DNA of 64,000 bases from Eledone cirrhosa. Lineage: Eukaryota. This document shows positions 27,770-40,885 of the stretch, piece after piece. Position 1 is the stretch's first letter. Every line of letters starts with the position of its first letter. The position numbers and the translations under genes were made by a program. The stretch covers positions 122,450,001 through 122,514,000 of the forward strand of contig OZ024742.1 in assembly GCA_964016885.1 (NCBI GenBank). Direction: 5' to 3'. Under the pieces are notes generated by a model. The model had not been told where the DNA came from, ran no database searches, and saw only the letters and a list, made by a program, of their open reading frames with translations.

Positions 27770-28596
27770 AGTAATATTTATAATAATACCATTGTTATAT
27801 TTAACTTGATCATTTCGGTAATATTAATAATGCTATCATTATTGATACAATATTTACACCATTAACAGAATGTTCATCAATTTTCAGGAAAGCTTTACAG
27901 CATCTATATCTTCAGTTACATTCTGCATTTCTATTATTATTTTTCCCAGATCAACTATCAATTCTTCTGTATGAATTGTATTACGGCACAGTGGTTTTGT
28001 GTTGCGATGGAATAGTCGACTATATGGATCAACGCTATTTATAATGAACTCGAAGTAGCCTAGGGGAAAGTTTATATTTATTAACGCTGAACATTGTATT
28101 CTTTGGCCGTTGCCACTGGACGAAAACGTAGTGTTTTCCAATATACTATTGCTTATTGTGGTGACAAGTGGCTATGTGTTACTCTGTGCATTCCGACTGA
28201 CCACTGTATGTATTCTAGTAAAGAATTCCTGCAATAAAATATGTAAAACCTATTGCCATTCTATGGTTGTGGGGCTATTATCAGACCTCGTTATTCGTCG
28301 AGTCAGTGAGCAAGACACTTTATTTCATATTTCGTCACCCCATTCAGCTAGCAAAAATAAATTTTCTCTGTAATGAAATGCGCCTGCCTTGTCAAGTATG
28401 GTTTCACTCTCAATCTCCAAAGGTGCACATGTTTGCAGACTGTTCAGCCAATTAGACGTTAAACTCTCGTAGAGTTGATCAGATAGAACACTCGTTGCGG
28501 AAACACACACCGACACACAGGCACAGACCCTCTGTTTTACCAGAAAGTAAAGACACCCTATTTCAAAGATGTAGAAATGATTTTAAAAAACATTAT

Positions 28597-28782
28597 TGGT
28601 GGATTGGCAGTATCGGTGGAGGGTCGGACGCCATGCTTTGCAGCACAGTTAAATCCCTTTACGGACTGAGTTCAAATCCCGCCAAGGTTAACTTTGCCTT
28701 TCATCCTTACGGGATCGATAAAATGAAGTACCAGTAATACACTGGGATAATTGCTGGCCTTGTGCCAAAAGTAGAAACAATT
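28597..28782 (+). mobile_element. SINE family 1 copy
   Basis: GGTGGATTGGCAGTATCGG..GAGTTCAAATCCCGCC..AAAGTAGAAACAATTA. Confidence 0.8.
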
Positions 28783-28872
28783 ATTTCACTATCGAATTTA
28801 GCGTTACATACGGTTGCTTTGAAATTTGAATAAGGTAAATTTGAAGAACCGCTGTGTTTTCAAGATGTAAAA

Positions 28873-29149
28873 CAGGCATGGGCAACCTTGTTTGATAAGC
28901 GGGCCACATGAGATATGGCTCATCATCAGGCGGGCCGCGAGCGCTAATTTACATTCGTACCCACATAAAAAAGGGCGGTAACTCAGGTTGTTTTGATTTA
29001 TTTCTTCAGAATTCGAACACGTTGTTTTCCTCGATCGTAAAAATGATAGAACGATAAATTACGACTGAAACGTTGGGGTAAAAAAATCAAAAAGGTGACT
29101 TAGCCGAGCCATCCTGAAAGCTTCGCGGGCCGCAAGTTGCCCGTGATTG
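28873..29149. mobile_element. hAT-type MITE
   Basis: TIRs CAGGCATGGGCAAC and (revcomp) CAATCACGGGCAAC, subterminal GCGGGCCGC motifs, and an 8-bp TSD ATGTAAAA/ATTTAAAA (7/8 match). Confidence 0.75.
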
Positions 29150-29163
29150 ATTTAAAACAATAA

Positions 29164-29340
29164 TTGTTTCTACTATTGGCACAAGGCCAGAAATTACCCA
29201 GTACATTACTGGTACTTTATTTTATCGACCCCGTAAGGATGAAAGGCAAAGTTAACCTCGGCGGGATTTGAACTCAGAATGGCAAGGGCCGTAACTCTAT
29301 GCGTCAAAGCATGGCGTCCGACCCTCTACCGATACTGCCA
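29164..29340 (-). mobile_element. SINE family 1 copy
   Basis: Close match to the units at 21095-21507. Confidence 0.8.
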
Positions 29341-30875
29341 AAAACAATAATGCAAGGAGAAATATGTTTTAAAGAAATCGTATTTCAAAACCGGACGTAA
29401 CGTTATCCACTGTATCTTTAAAACTATGAGAAACAGGTTTAAAAAACCTTATTTCAATACGAGACATAGCGTTCTCTATTTAAAATAGAGGGAGTTGATG
29501 TGAACAGACGTTATTGCCATACCGGACATATCATTAACCCGGAGTTCGGCTCTTCCGTGTTAGGACAAATTTATAAGCACTTGGAATTTGGATTGTTTAT
29601 ACATAGATATGACAAAAAAAGATAAAACTAAAATTAAGTTATGAGAAAAATAGGGAAGGCGTAAAGAAGGGTAGATTTGACTGTATGGGAAAGTAGAAAA
29701 AAAGTCTATAAATGCCATAAATGAGAGGAAAAGGAGGGAAAATGCCGGGAATCCTGGATCACACAAAAAAGGGAGGGGTAAGGATGATGGGCTTTGGGCG
29801 CAGGGTGGGATGGGTCGTCGTTTGGGCTACGCCACACGGACAGAGCTGCAGAGGCATTTCCAAGGACAATGACCAGTCACACCCGCTGCAAAAATTATCC
29901 CCCCACCCCTAGTGGGACTCCTTCCAAGGACTGGCTGCTGACGTACCGATTTTGCGGAGTAGCTCGGCAATGTAGCAGCCGAGGAGGTCTGAGGTCTTGA
30001 CAACGACCGGTGTGAGGAGGTAGCGGCTGGAGTAGCGCCGGTATTTATTTCTCTTCCTGTCCAATAGGACAAATTGAAAGCAGAATTGAAAACAGCATTT
30101 TGAAATAGAAGAGTCGCTGCAAAGAACGTTTTAAACACACGATATATGACATTTGAATACATGATATATGTGTTTTTCTTCACGTTAAGGCTTCTTATTC
30201 AAACACTCAAATTATATTTTCATAAAACATATATTAAATCTGCTAATAGGCATTATGTTATTCATTAATGTGTATTACTTAGTAGATTACCTTGTCAAAC
30301 GATTGTAATTCACTCAAATTAAATCGATGCTTTTAGTTATATTCTACAGATTATATGATGTAAATAATGAGGCTAATACGATACTCAGGCTGACAAAATT
30401 ATAAGAATGGTTGTACTATGATTACGATGCAATGATCTCTGAAAATAGGAAAGAAAATATGTTTTCTGTATAGCAAGTGAATAGGGCAACTTGCGTTCAG
30501 ATATACTTCTTGTCAACTCTAGATTTGCACCTCTAAAAATGCAGTTATCACTACATTAATCTTACTTTATATTTTCTAAAGTAAGGTGCCTTTCCCATAT
30601 TTATAGCTATGCTCACACATACATGCACATATATAGATATATGTATAATTATACTTATCTAAACGCACATGATTTCCTCGTTTCTTCCTTTTCGCAGTCA
30701 GGTCTCTCCTCCTACTTCTTCTTTTTTCTCTCATTCTGATGACGACTAACATCCGATAGGCTAAAATGGTGTTCCTATTGTATCAACTGTTAAACTAATA
30801 TATATCATATCATCAGTTTACTGTATTGTCCTCCTGCATTGTTTTCCTTTCCTCACTGACATTTGTTCCTCCCAG

Positions 30876-30981
<106 letters not shown>

Positions 30982-31875
30982 TGTATGTTATTGTTCTTCT
31001 TTTTGGTAAATATCTTGGTTAAGAGAGTGGGACAGACTTTGTGCAGTGCCTTTGCTCACTATAAAAGCTTCACGGCACACGCATTGCTTTATATCTGGAG
31101 ATCTCTCTGCACTTGTCGTCACATGGTACCATGGGCCCAGCACTATGTGTCAATAATTGTCACAAGTGTAGTGTTTGTACCCGAGTTTTAAAGTCGTTGT
31201 CTGGACTCAAAAGTCACACTCATTCAGCGCATCGGTAGGGGTTCTCCTACATGGATATAAATTACTGGCCGTACTCGAAAACGAGTTGGCAGCCACCATG
31301 TATGTGTGTATGTATGTATGTATGTATGTATGTATGTATGTATGTATGTATGTATGTATGTCAACATCATTGGATACCATCAGGGTTGCAGGTGTTATAT
31401 CAGCGTTTTCCTTCTCCTAGAATTCTGCCTTGACAAAGGCTAAGGGGTCATCTCTCTCGGTAATTTTGGATGGCCATTGACTCTTAAGAGCTCCTTTGTC
31501 CTTTGACAGGTTTCGTTTTTAGTCCTGCAGGATGTACAAAGTCACCCTCCTCACCAAGTAACCTTCGTAGAGTTGCCATTTTATTATACATATTTCAAAG
31601 GTACAATGGTGTTTAAGTACGTTTTCATTAGACAAAATATAAGATTTGATAAGAGACATACCGCTACGGATTTGATTGTTCAATTCCAGGATTAAAATAT
31701 GTATAATAAAATATATATTTTCATTATGAGAATATTTTTCATTTATCAACATTTTGAATAATATATATATATATATATATATAACGAAGGAAATGTGGTA
31801 AGGAACCAGGTGGACCATAACGCACCAAAGTACTCAATACTTGAGGTAGTAGAGTGGGTAATAGGAACCAGTAAG

Positions 31876-31969
31876 ACCCCGACAGCTGAGCTCAAGCCGT
31901 TTCGACGGCTAATTCTGGACTAAATGAAAATTTATCCTGGTATTTAAATAGCCGATCTTCTCAAGGGGT
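31876..31969 (-). ncRNA. Hammerhead ribozyme, inverted copy of 35422-35515
   Basis: Reverse complement of the plus-strand motif, within the inverted arm. Confidence 0.78.
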
Positions 31970-32774
31970 AATTCCATATAAGGTCAAGGTGATTGTCAAG
32001 AATCAGTAGTAATTCTGTGGTTGCAAATTAGTAGGGGAGATGGTGGCTAAACCTGCCCGTAGGAGAAAGAGGGGAGGGGGTGGAGTAGCCCCAATCAAGC
32101 GTTTGTAGTGCCAGCTACAGCTGGGCATGAGGTCAAAGAAGATACAGGGGAGGGGGAGGGGGAGGAAGTCGGAACAGTAGGTATAACAATGGGGGGTTGA
32201 AATATATAGGAAAGAAAAAATACTGAGAGTGAAGAAAAGCAAATAAGTGTAAAGAAAAACAAATGAGTGTAAAGAAAAAAGTAAAGTAAATTAAATTCTA
32301 CGACCTAGGTCTCTAGCTATTGTTAGTCTAGAATAAATAAATAAATAAAGAAAGAGAGAAGTAAAGAAAGAAATAAAGATATAACGAAATAAGTAAAAGA
32401 ACTAGGTGGGACGGTATAGGCGAGGACCCTTTTAAGAGGTATAAGTACGTAAATGATACGGTGACGGGTCAACAAAAGGGGCCAAAATACTAAAGAGACT
32501 ACCACGAAATAAACAATAAAGGTTTCCATCCCGGGCACAATTCCAGCAACCACCCAGTGCAGCAAAGTGAACTAATACGAGATAATAATTCTGAGTCCCG
32601 AGAAAAATATATACTAATGCTAACTCTAAAAGATCTAAAACAAGCTACATGAAAGTTCGTACGAAGTAAAGGTAGAATACGGAAGAATAAATTCAGAATC
32701 CACCCCGCCCAAAAGAAAAGCGAAGAAAGAAATACTGAAACAAAAAAATAAGGCATAAGTGCCACTAAGACCGC

Positions 32775-34288
32775 GTGATACCAAAAGTCAAGCAACACAC
32801 CCGACTTAGCCTATGGATCAACACCCAGGAAGTAATCTCCTGGTTCAGCAATATGGAGGATAAACGAGAAACTAAATTCATACAGTTCGACATAGAGAGC
32901 TACTATGCTTCAATCACCTTACCGCTACTTACTGCCGCCTTGGACTTCGCCGAAACACTTGTGCCCATCACCGACCAGGAAAGAAAAATCATCCTCCACG
33001 CCAGGAAGACAGTCTTAATCTTTGACGACTCTAAATGGATAAAAAGAGCTCCCGACTCACCCTTCGACGTCAGCATGGGCGCCACGGATTCGGCGGAGGT
33101 CACAGATCTTATAGGATTATTCCTAATAGCCAAACTCACTGATAGTTTCCTGCATTCGGTGGTGGATTGTACCGTGATGATGGGCTCCTTACCCTTAAAG
33201 GGTACAACCCCAGTAGTACAGATCGGGTCCGGAAACAATTAATCAGATTCTTCCGCGACTGGGGATTTAAAATAACACTACAAACGTCCCTGACCAGAGT
33301 AAACTTCCTGGACGTGACCCTCGACCTCGAAAACGACCTGTACTACCCATACAGGAAACCTAATGACAATCTGCACTACATCCACCGCCGATCAAACCAT
33401 CCTAGGAACATCACAAACAACCTGGTCAAAAACATCTCACTCCGCATATCCCGTTTGTCAGCTAATGAGCGGATATTCGATGAACATGCGCCTTATTACA
33501 ACCAGGCCCTCAAGCGGAGTGGTTTCCGGGAGGAAATATCCTACTGTCCAGCTCCCATTAGCGGAACCAGCAGGAGACACCGCCGCTCACGCAATGTAAC
33601 ATGGTTCAATCCTCCCCACAACGCAGAGGTGACAACTCCCATCGGGAAACTATTCTTTAGGCTCATTGAAAAACACTTCCCATTACAACACCGCTACCAC
33701 AACATAATTAACAAAAATACCATCAAACTCTCTTACAGCACTACACCAAACTTCGCATAAAACATCGTCTCCTCTAACAACAAAAAACTCAACCCCGATG
33801 GCAGAAATAACCTAAATAGCAGTGGAGAACCGACCAGGAGGTGTAACTGCCCGGATAGATCTATTTGCCCACTCGACAATAGATGCAGAGACCGTAATGT
33901 GATCTACCAGTGCAACGTGAGGACGGATACCTCCAACAAAGCCTATATAAGACTTACCGCATGTGACTTCAAGACCCGGCTATACCAACATAGACATACC
34001 TTCCGAAACCCGGCCCGGCGTCACGCCACTACACTTTCGGGCCACATATGGGACCTCAAGGACAACAATATCACCTATGATCTCACTTGGAGATTACTGT
34101 CAAGAGCCAATTCTTACACGGGAGGACGCCGTCCGTGCAATTTATGCTCGGAGGAAACTTTACAAATGCTGTTTTCGACGGACCAACTCCTAAACAAGAC
34201 AGATGAACTGGTTACTGCATGTAAACATAGATTGCGTAGGACTTACCTCGCCCTCAAACCCCATAATGACCCGGTGGGGGTAGACTAG
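32775..34288 (+). pseudogene. PLE RT + GIY-YIG endonuclease (frameshift near 33150, stop at 33760)
   Basis: FIQFDIESYYASI, FDVSMGATDSAEVTDLIG, YRDDGL, VNFLDVTLDL, SNHP, WFNPP, CNC..CPL..C, IYQC..AYIRLT..FKTRLYQH, CNLCSEE, CKHR. Confidence 0.9.
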
Positions 34289-35421
34289 GGCTATAACACC
34301 CCACTTGCCGATTTTGCAATGGGTAACCCCTGCTTGCCAAGGGAGACGTAAGATCTTCTTTGTATTCTTTTATCGCTTCCTTTATTTCCTTCCTTCCCCC
34401 TCTCTCCTTAGTCCTTCTACCCCAGCTCTTCTCCTTTGTCGGCGTCTTTTCTCGCCCACCCGAGGCTGCCCTTTGGCCCCTTGTAGCCTTAGTACCCCCA
34501 CCCCCTCCCCTAGTCTAGGATAGATTTGGCGGACTCCGCCCTTTATAGCAGTTGGTTTAGACCCCGGATACTTGTCCCCTTTTTCCGACCGCTCCCACTA
34601 TTCTCTGTGCCCTCTATATTTCTTAGTGGCACTTATGCCTTATTTTTTCGTTTCAGTATTTCTTTCTTCGCTTTTCTTTTGGGCGGGGTGGATTCTGAAT
34701 TTATTCTTCCGTATTCTACCTTTACTTCGTACGAACTTTCATGTAGCTTGTTTTAGATCTTTTAGAGTTAGCATTAATATATATTTTTCTCGGGACTCAG
34801 AATTATTATCTCGTATTAGTTCACTTTGCTGCACTGGGTGGTTGCTGGAATTGTGCCCGGGATGGAAACCTTTATTGTTTATTTCGTGGTAGTCTCTTTA
34901 GTATTTTGGCCCCTTTTGTTGACCCGTCACCGTATCATTTACGTACTTATACCTCTTAAAAGGGTCCTCGCCTATACCGTCCCACCTAGTTCTTTTACTT
35001 ATTTCGTTATTTCTTTATTTCTTTCTTTACTTCTCTCTTTCTTTCTTTATTTATTTATTCTAGACTAACAATAGCTAGAGACCTAGGTCGTAGAATTTAA
35101 TTTACTTTACTTTTTTCTTTACAATCATTTGTTTATCTTTACACTTATTTGCTTTTCTTCACTCTCAGTATTTTTTCTTTCCTATATATTTCTACCCCCC
35201 ATTGTTATACCTACCGTTCCAACGTCCTCCCCCTCCCCCTCCCCTGTATCTTCTTTGACCTCATGCCCAGCTGTAGCTGGCACTACAAACGCTTGATTGG
35301 GGCTACTCCACCCCTTCCCCTCTTTCTCCTACTGGCAGGTTTAGCCACCATCTCCCCTACTAATTTGCAACCACAGAATTACTACTGATTTTTGACAATC
35401 ACTTTGACCTTATATGGAATT

Positions 35422-35515
35422 ACCCCTTGAGAAGATCGGCTATTTAAATACCAGGATAAATTTTCATTTAGTCCAGAATTAGCCGTCGAAACGGCTTGAG
35501 CTCAGCTGTCGGGGT
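35422..35515 (+). ncRNA. Hammerhead ribozyme, U3-A8 core variant
   Basis: Stem I ACCCC/GGGGT. Core TTGAGAA. Stem II GA(T)CGGCTA/TAGCCGTC. GAA, then stem III ACGGCT/AGCTGT with a GAGCTC palindromic loop. GUC triplet 35508-10. Confidence 0.8.
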
Positions 35516-35525
35516 CTTACTGGTT

Positions 35526-35585
<60 letters not shown>

Positions 35586-36072
35586 CATACATACATACAT
35601 ACATACATACATACATACATACATACATACATACATACATTCATACATACATATGTGTGTGTGTGTATGCGTATGCATGTGTGTATATATATATATATAT
35701 ATACACTTACACATACACTCTCTCTTTCCTCCCTACTCTCTTTTTAGTGCTGTTTCAATTGTGTTATTAATATAATATATTTGACATATATTTACTAACA
35801 ACTTATTTCTTATAAATCTATCATTTGCTCTTCTCACAATTGCTTATAGATATAGTTAGCTACAACGCTTCATCTAAGCTATGAATGTTAATTTCATTTT
35901 TGTATATTTCCCCCCATTTTTCCTGCAATATCAATGAGATTAATCAAAAAAAGATGCGTGTTCGATCGTGATATTTCTTATTACCATCATTTTGCTATTG
36001 TTCGGTACAACTACAGTTTATTTTATATACATAGTATATACAATTTATATACAGACGCACAGCCACATACAA

Positions 36073-36154
<82 letters not shown>

Positions 36155-36175
36155 TTATATATATAAATATATATA

Positions 36176-36345
36176 TATAGTTGAAAAAAGGAAAATAATC
36201 ATTTCACTTGTAGTTTTAAATAATTTTATTTAATTTTACAATATTATAATTTGGTAGAAACTAGATCTACCAAACCACAATATTATAAAATTAAATCAAA
36301 TTATTAACACAAGTGAAGTCATTCTTTTCCTTTTTTCAAATATAC
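36176..36345. repeat. Decayed fold-back element with a short tail, in (TA)n
   Basis: TTGAAAAAAGGAAAA..TTCACTTGT..TTTGGTAGA pairs with TCTACCAAA..ACAAGTGAA..TTTTCCTTTTTTCAA. Confidence 0.7.
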
Positions 36346-36419
36346 CTAAGTGTACCAAGGATTATACACATTTTCTAATATATATATTCTCGGGTACCGC
36401 CCTTATTGTTACACATTCT

Positions 36420-37240
36420 ATCTCCAGCCTATGTAGGCTGGCCATTGGTGTAAGAAGGAGTTCATTGTTGCTGCCCTTAGGTTACCTTCGTAATGTGCTG
36501 TGGCTCATCCAGGATTCTGGATAGCGGGGTGTCGAGATATTTCTTGAAATCATCCACGTCCACACCATGCAGATCTCTCAAATTTCTTGGCAGCTTGTTA
36601 AAGAGTTGGGGGCGTTTGAATCCCAGGCTCTTGCAATACCTGCCCCTTATTTTAGATGTGAATGAAGGGACTTTTGGCACCACGCACTGCCGTACTCTTT
36701 GGAGTTTGGTCCTGCTCTCATAGACAAAGTTTGGTGCTAGTCCCTCTAGGATTTTCCATATGTATATCACTGAGTATCTCTCCCGCCTTCGTTCCAAGGA
36801 GTAGAGTTTGAGTTATTTTAGCCTCTCCCAGTAGTTCATCTCCTTCATTGTGGTAATCCTCTTGGTGTAGCTTAGTTGGATTTGCTGAAGCTCAGTTGTA
36901 GGTTGGGGTGACGATAGTAGTCTATGTAACTTAGGACAAATGTCCTCCATAGTAGCAAAATGGTCTCTCGGTCTCTTGTCCGGAATGTCCTGAAGATACA
37001 ACCAACGAATCACGTGCACCACATTGTTGCCACCCGCATAATGTTTGACGAAAAAGATGCATCATCGCCCATGTCTATCCCCAGGTCTCCTATCAAATTT
37101 CGACACCGGGATTTCGATCCCTCCCAGTCCGTTGTAGCTGTGTTGTTTTGTCTTTGTGTTTGCAGGTTGGTTTCGTAGGGATTGACATTTTCCAGTATTA
37201 AACTGCAGGTTGTTGTCCTCAGCCCATTTGTATATGACAT
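36420..37240 (-). mobile_element. CR1/L2-group LINE 3' fragment
   Basis: YKWAEDNNLQFN, DLGI, MNYWERLK.LKLYSLERRRERY..IWKILEG, PQLFNKLP..FKKYLD. Confidence 0.8.
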
Positions 37241-37292
37241 TCGAACACCAACAAGAGGGGAGAAAAACCACAAACCTTCCATCTCAATTCTA

Positions 37293-37327
37293 CTTTTGAA
37301 AACACAAGAATTGCGAAACCAGTAAAG
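37293..37327 (+). ncRNA. Possible minimal HHR, U3-A8 variant, decayed
   Basis: CTT-TTGAAAA-C-ACAAGAATTGC-GAAAC-CA-GTA-AAG. The stem II closing pair is mismatched. Confidence 0.4.
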
Positions 37328-37467
37328 GAACCAAATAAATATTCTTAAAAAGACTCCAGCTGCATTTTCGATTTCATCTATTTTCCTTATATATATATAC
37401 ATAACTTGAACCGTTAAGGTATATATTATCCTTTGTCATGTCAAATATTCATGAAACATTTTGTATT

Positions 37468-37521
37468 TTATCTGATGATAGCGTACCAAAGTTTTTGGTA
37501 CCCTTGAAATATACATAATAG
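37468..37521 (+). ncRNA. Minimal type I hammerhead ribozyme in an isolated pLTR-like fragment
   Basis: TTAT-CTGATGA, stem II GTACCAAA/TTTGGTAC, GAAAT-ATAC-ATA, ATAG. Confidence 0.6.
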
Positions 37522-37564
37522 TATAAATATGGTTTTATAAATATAGTTTACATTTATTTAATAT

Positions 37565-37618
<54 letters not shown>

Positions 37619-37741
37619 CGGCGATGAATTAGTTTTGCGAGGTTTTTTATATGAAATCGTGTGTCGAAACAAATATTGTTATACTTGGGGAGGGTCATAT
37701 TTGTGTAATATTTCCAGAATTAATAACAGAACACACTCACT

Positions 37742-38748
37742 CCAAACACCCTAACAATAGACTACCTGTATTAGACACAGAACTCTGGATTAACACTATA
37801 GACGAGAGAGCCCAAATTCTCCACTCACACTATGCTAAACCCATGGCCTCCAAATATCTGATACTCAAAAACTCAGCAATGTTCAGTAGTGCTAAGTTTA
37901 ATATTCTGATCGCAGATTTGGTACGAGTGATGAAGAATGTGTCCCGCATGTGCGACCCAACAGAAATGGAAAGACACATCCAACACTTCATCAACCGCAT
38001 GCAGTTCTCTGGCTACAACCAAAGAGACAGAGTCAGAGTACAGGAAGGCGCCATGGATAAGTATAAGACCCTCATAGAACTGGACATGAAAGGAATTTGC
38101 CCATTATACAGGAGCAAATTATGGAATAGCTTAGATAGGGCTAGACATAAGATAGGGAAAGCCACCTCATGGTACGACAACCAGAGATACCAGAGTGTCA
38201 TGTTTGTGGACGCTACCACTGGAGGGAAATTAGCTAACCAGTGTAGAAAGGCCCTGAGAAAGACCCACTTAAAAATTAAGGTGGTAGAAAAGCCAGGAAC
38301 CACCATAAAATCCCTGATCAGCAAAACCTACCCTCTTAAGAAAACCCACTGTACCAATAGGAAATGTATCATAAGTAAGGTAAACCCCCGGATAAACTGT
38401 AAAACTAGAAGCGTAGTCTATAGCATAAGATGTACAGAGGGTACTTGCAGAAACATGACAACAACATACATAGGTGAGACAGTTCGTAGCATAGGTGACA
38501 GGATAGACCAACACTGGGGGGAACTAAAAGGACGAAAAAACGGGTCAGTACTATACGAACATGCTAGACAACAACATGACGGTAACATAGACAACATAGA
38601 AATTAGAATAATATCTAAAAATAGAAATGACCCAGCAGATAGGCAAATCAGAGAGGCCAGTGAAATAGAAATTAGAAGACCAAAACTAAACAGAAAGAAT
38701 GAATGGAATAACAACAACACCCAAACAAACAACACTGACCTAAGATAA
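37742..38748 (+). CDS. PLE RT thumb + GIY-YIG endonuclease (open frame, 5'-truncated)
   Basis: LPVLDTELW, YAKPMAS, RMQFSGY, CKTRSVVYSIRC..C..YIGETVRSIGDRIDQH..LYEH..H..RQIREA..PKLN. The first about 30 aa of the listed ORF derive from the tail and inverted arm. Confidence 0.85.
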
Positions 38749-38990
38749 GTATAAATAAGTAAATAAAATCAAATAAATAAATAAATAAATAAATAAAGCA
38801 CGATAACAACAAGCACATAAACACACACTAGTCACCCATCACACGGCAAACAAAACACTATACACACACGCAAACGCATGCGCAAAGAAGACAAAATAAA
38901 ATAAACAAACAAACAAATAAATAATAAATATATAGACAGACTGAATAAAAATGGCGTAGACATACAATACAACAGGAGGAAAAGATAGCA

Positions 38991-39030
38991 CTACTGACGA
39001 TGTTGCAGATGTGCAACGAAAGATTTATGA
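38991..39030 (+). ncRNA. Minimal HHR (stems I and III decayed) in the PLE pLTR
   Basis: CTGACGA-T-GTTGCA-GATG-TGCAAC-GAAA. Confidence 0.6.
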
Positions 39031-39319
39031 TAAACTATATATATGTGCTTGTGTCTATATTGTATCTGTATTATTTTTGACCGTCGGTCAGTTAATGGCA
39101 ACATTGACGACCGAGTAAGTTAGATTACCGATATAAAAGACACAGAAGCGAGAAGCGAAAACCAACCAAACAGTGAGTGTATTCTGTTATTAATTCTGGC
39201 AATATTACACAAATATGACCCTCCCCAAGTATAACAATATATATATATATATATTCTATATATATATACTATATATATATATATTCTATATATATATATA
39301 TTCTCTCTATATATATATA

Positions 39320-40015
39320 TAGTTAATAAATGAACAGAGAACAAAAAACAGAGAGGCAGTACACATGATATTGTTTTTAGCTTTACGCTTGAAAGTGTGT
39401 GTGTGTGTGTGTGTGAGGGGGGGGGGGGCGTTTCGGGCATAAGCCCTTCATCAGGAGAACAGTGGTTTGGAAGAAAGTTCCGAGAGTGTGCGGGGGAGTC
39501 GTGGAAAGACATTTAAAAAAAGGGTGGAAAACTATTTTTTGAGAGAGTAAAGGAAATTTTTTAAAAGTACAAATAAAAATAAAAATAAACAATTGGTGAA
39601 AGGGTGTGAGGAGTGTTGGGGTGGTGGTGGCTAGAGTTGGAGAGAGAGGCGGGGTCCGAGCGCGGAGGACTGAAGATGGTATTTGTGTATGGGTGTAGGT
39701 GTACGTTTGTGTGTGCATGTGAAGGTGAGAGTTGGGGGAAGAACGAGGTTCCATGTTCAAGTGAAAGGGAAACTGGTGTGTACATAGGGTGGGGTGTAAG
39801 TCGGTGTGTGCGTGCATGTGGATGGAGACGAGTGGGGGAGGCGGGGGTGGTGTGCAGAGTCCGGAGGCTGAGTGTGTGTATGTTGGGATACGCATGTGCG
39901 TGTTTGTGTTTATACGTGGTGTGGATGAAGGTGGCATGGTTCGAAAATAATGTGTTTGTTCGTGTCTATGTTCCTAAGGTATTTCCATGGAGTGTGAGAT
40001 AAGATGTTGGAGATA
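39320..40015 (-). mobile_element. PLE-type 3' UTR/pLTR fragment with HHR (39384-39460), homologous to 51260-51690
   Basis: Minus strand reads CTGATGA-A-GGGC-TTAT-GCCC-GAAACGC..(C/CA-rich loop)..GCGTA. Flanking sequence is shared with 51260-51690. Confidence 0.7.
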
Positions 40016-40611
40016 TCAGGTATATATATATATATGTATATGTATATATATTTATATATTTATATATAAATATGATAATTTTGATAGGTTTCGGCCAAGA
40101 TTGAACCAGGCTAATCCCTTCAAATCAGGTTTTGGGCAATATGACCCACTTAAGGAGAGAGTTATTGTTTACGGAGGCATATCCGGGTGTAGGAGGTTTA
40201 TCCGGGATTCTTAATATACATATATATATATATAATATAATATGTATGTATATATAATATAATATATATAAAATAAAATATGTAAGTATATATATAATAT
40301 AATATAATATATATATACATACATATATATATATATGTATCTCTTTTTATAAAACGTTTTTTTTTCCATTTCAGGTAGACGCGCCCCATCATCCACTTGT
40401 CTAAAGAATAAGTCATACACACAACGCCAGCACCCACAGTTTTGCAACAGATGTGAACATGAATGGACCTGTTATTTTTATCAGAAGACATTTCTCCAAT
40501 TCCAACCCACCCGCCCCCTTAATCTATCTTATTTCTCATTCTTCCTCAATCGCTCTGTATAATCAGCTCCTTATTATTACTGGAGTTCTATAAGAATCCA
40601 TCTTCTATCAT

Positions 40612-40700
40612 TTTCGGCGAAAGCAGGGGATTACGTGGCTCTGATGAATGCCAACCAGCGTGAAACAGACTGTCAGGTTCTCTCCCTTCTTTCGCCGAAA
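40612..40700 (+). ncRNA. Hammerhead ribozyme with a distal stem I helix
   Basis: CTGATGA-ATGC/GCGT-GAAAC-AGACT-GTC, enclosed by a perfect 12-bp helix TTTCGGCGAAAG/CTTTCGCCGAAA. Confidence 0.7.
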
Positions 40701-40844
40701 AGAAGTATGTGACATAGTCATTACTTTAAAACTGATAACGTATAGTCTTCTAAATGTTTTTAATTAAAGATAACGTATATTGCCAAATATCCTATACATA
40801 CACTCATGTATACATCGCTATTTCAGAGCAATAAAACATAATAA

Positions 40845-40880
<36 letters not shown>

Positions 40881-40885
<5 letters not shown>

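Larger units (their letters stand above)
31783..35530 (+). mobile_element. 5'-truncated Penelope-like element (Nematis-like by motifs) with 910-bp inverted pLTR arms, in (TA)n
   Basis: 31861-32770 is the reverse complement of 34621-35530. An unpaired 78-bp tail lies at 31783-31860. (TA)n flanks both sides. Confidence 0.92.
37617..39240 (+). mobile_element. 5'-truncated PLE (third lineage) with 69-bp inverted ends and a 56-bp tail, in (TA)n
   Basis: 37673-37741 is inverted relative to 39172-39240. Tail at 37617-37672. Both flanks are (TA)n. Confidence 0.88.

Noticed and set aside
21550-28500. Possible host exons in the unique-looking stretches (e.g. 22097-22168, 23470-23810, ORF 27884-28141)
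   Set aside because: The candidate AG..GT segment at 22097 has stops in all frames, and no recognisable protein motif was found. RNA-seq or BLASTX would be needed.
29345-30190. GC-richer segment with ORFs of 63-118 aa
   Set aside because: No recognisable domain, terminal repeats or second copy in the window. Left unannotated.
32003-35388. Duplicated hydrophobic 79-106 aa ORFs on opposite strands
   Set aside because: They arise from the pyrimidine-rich pLTR duplicated as inverted arms, with no protein motifs.
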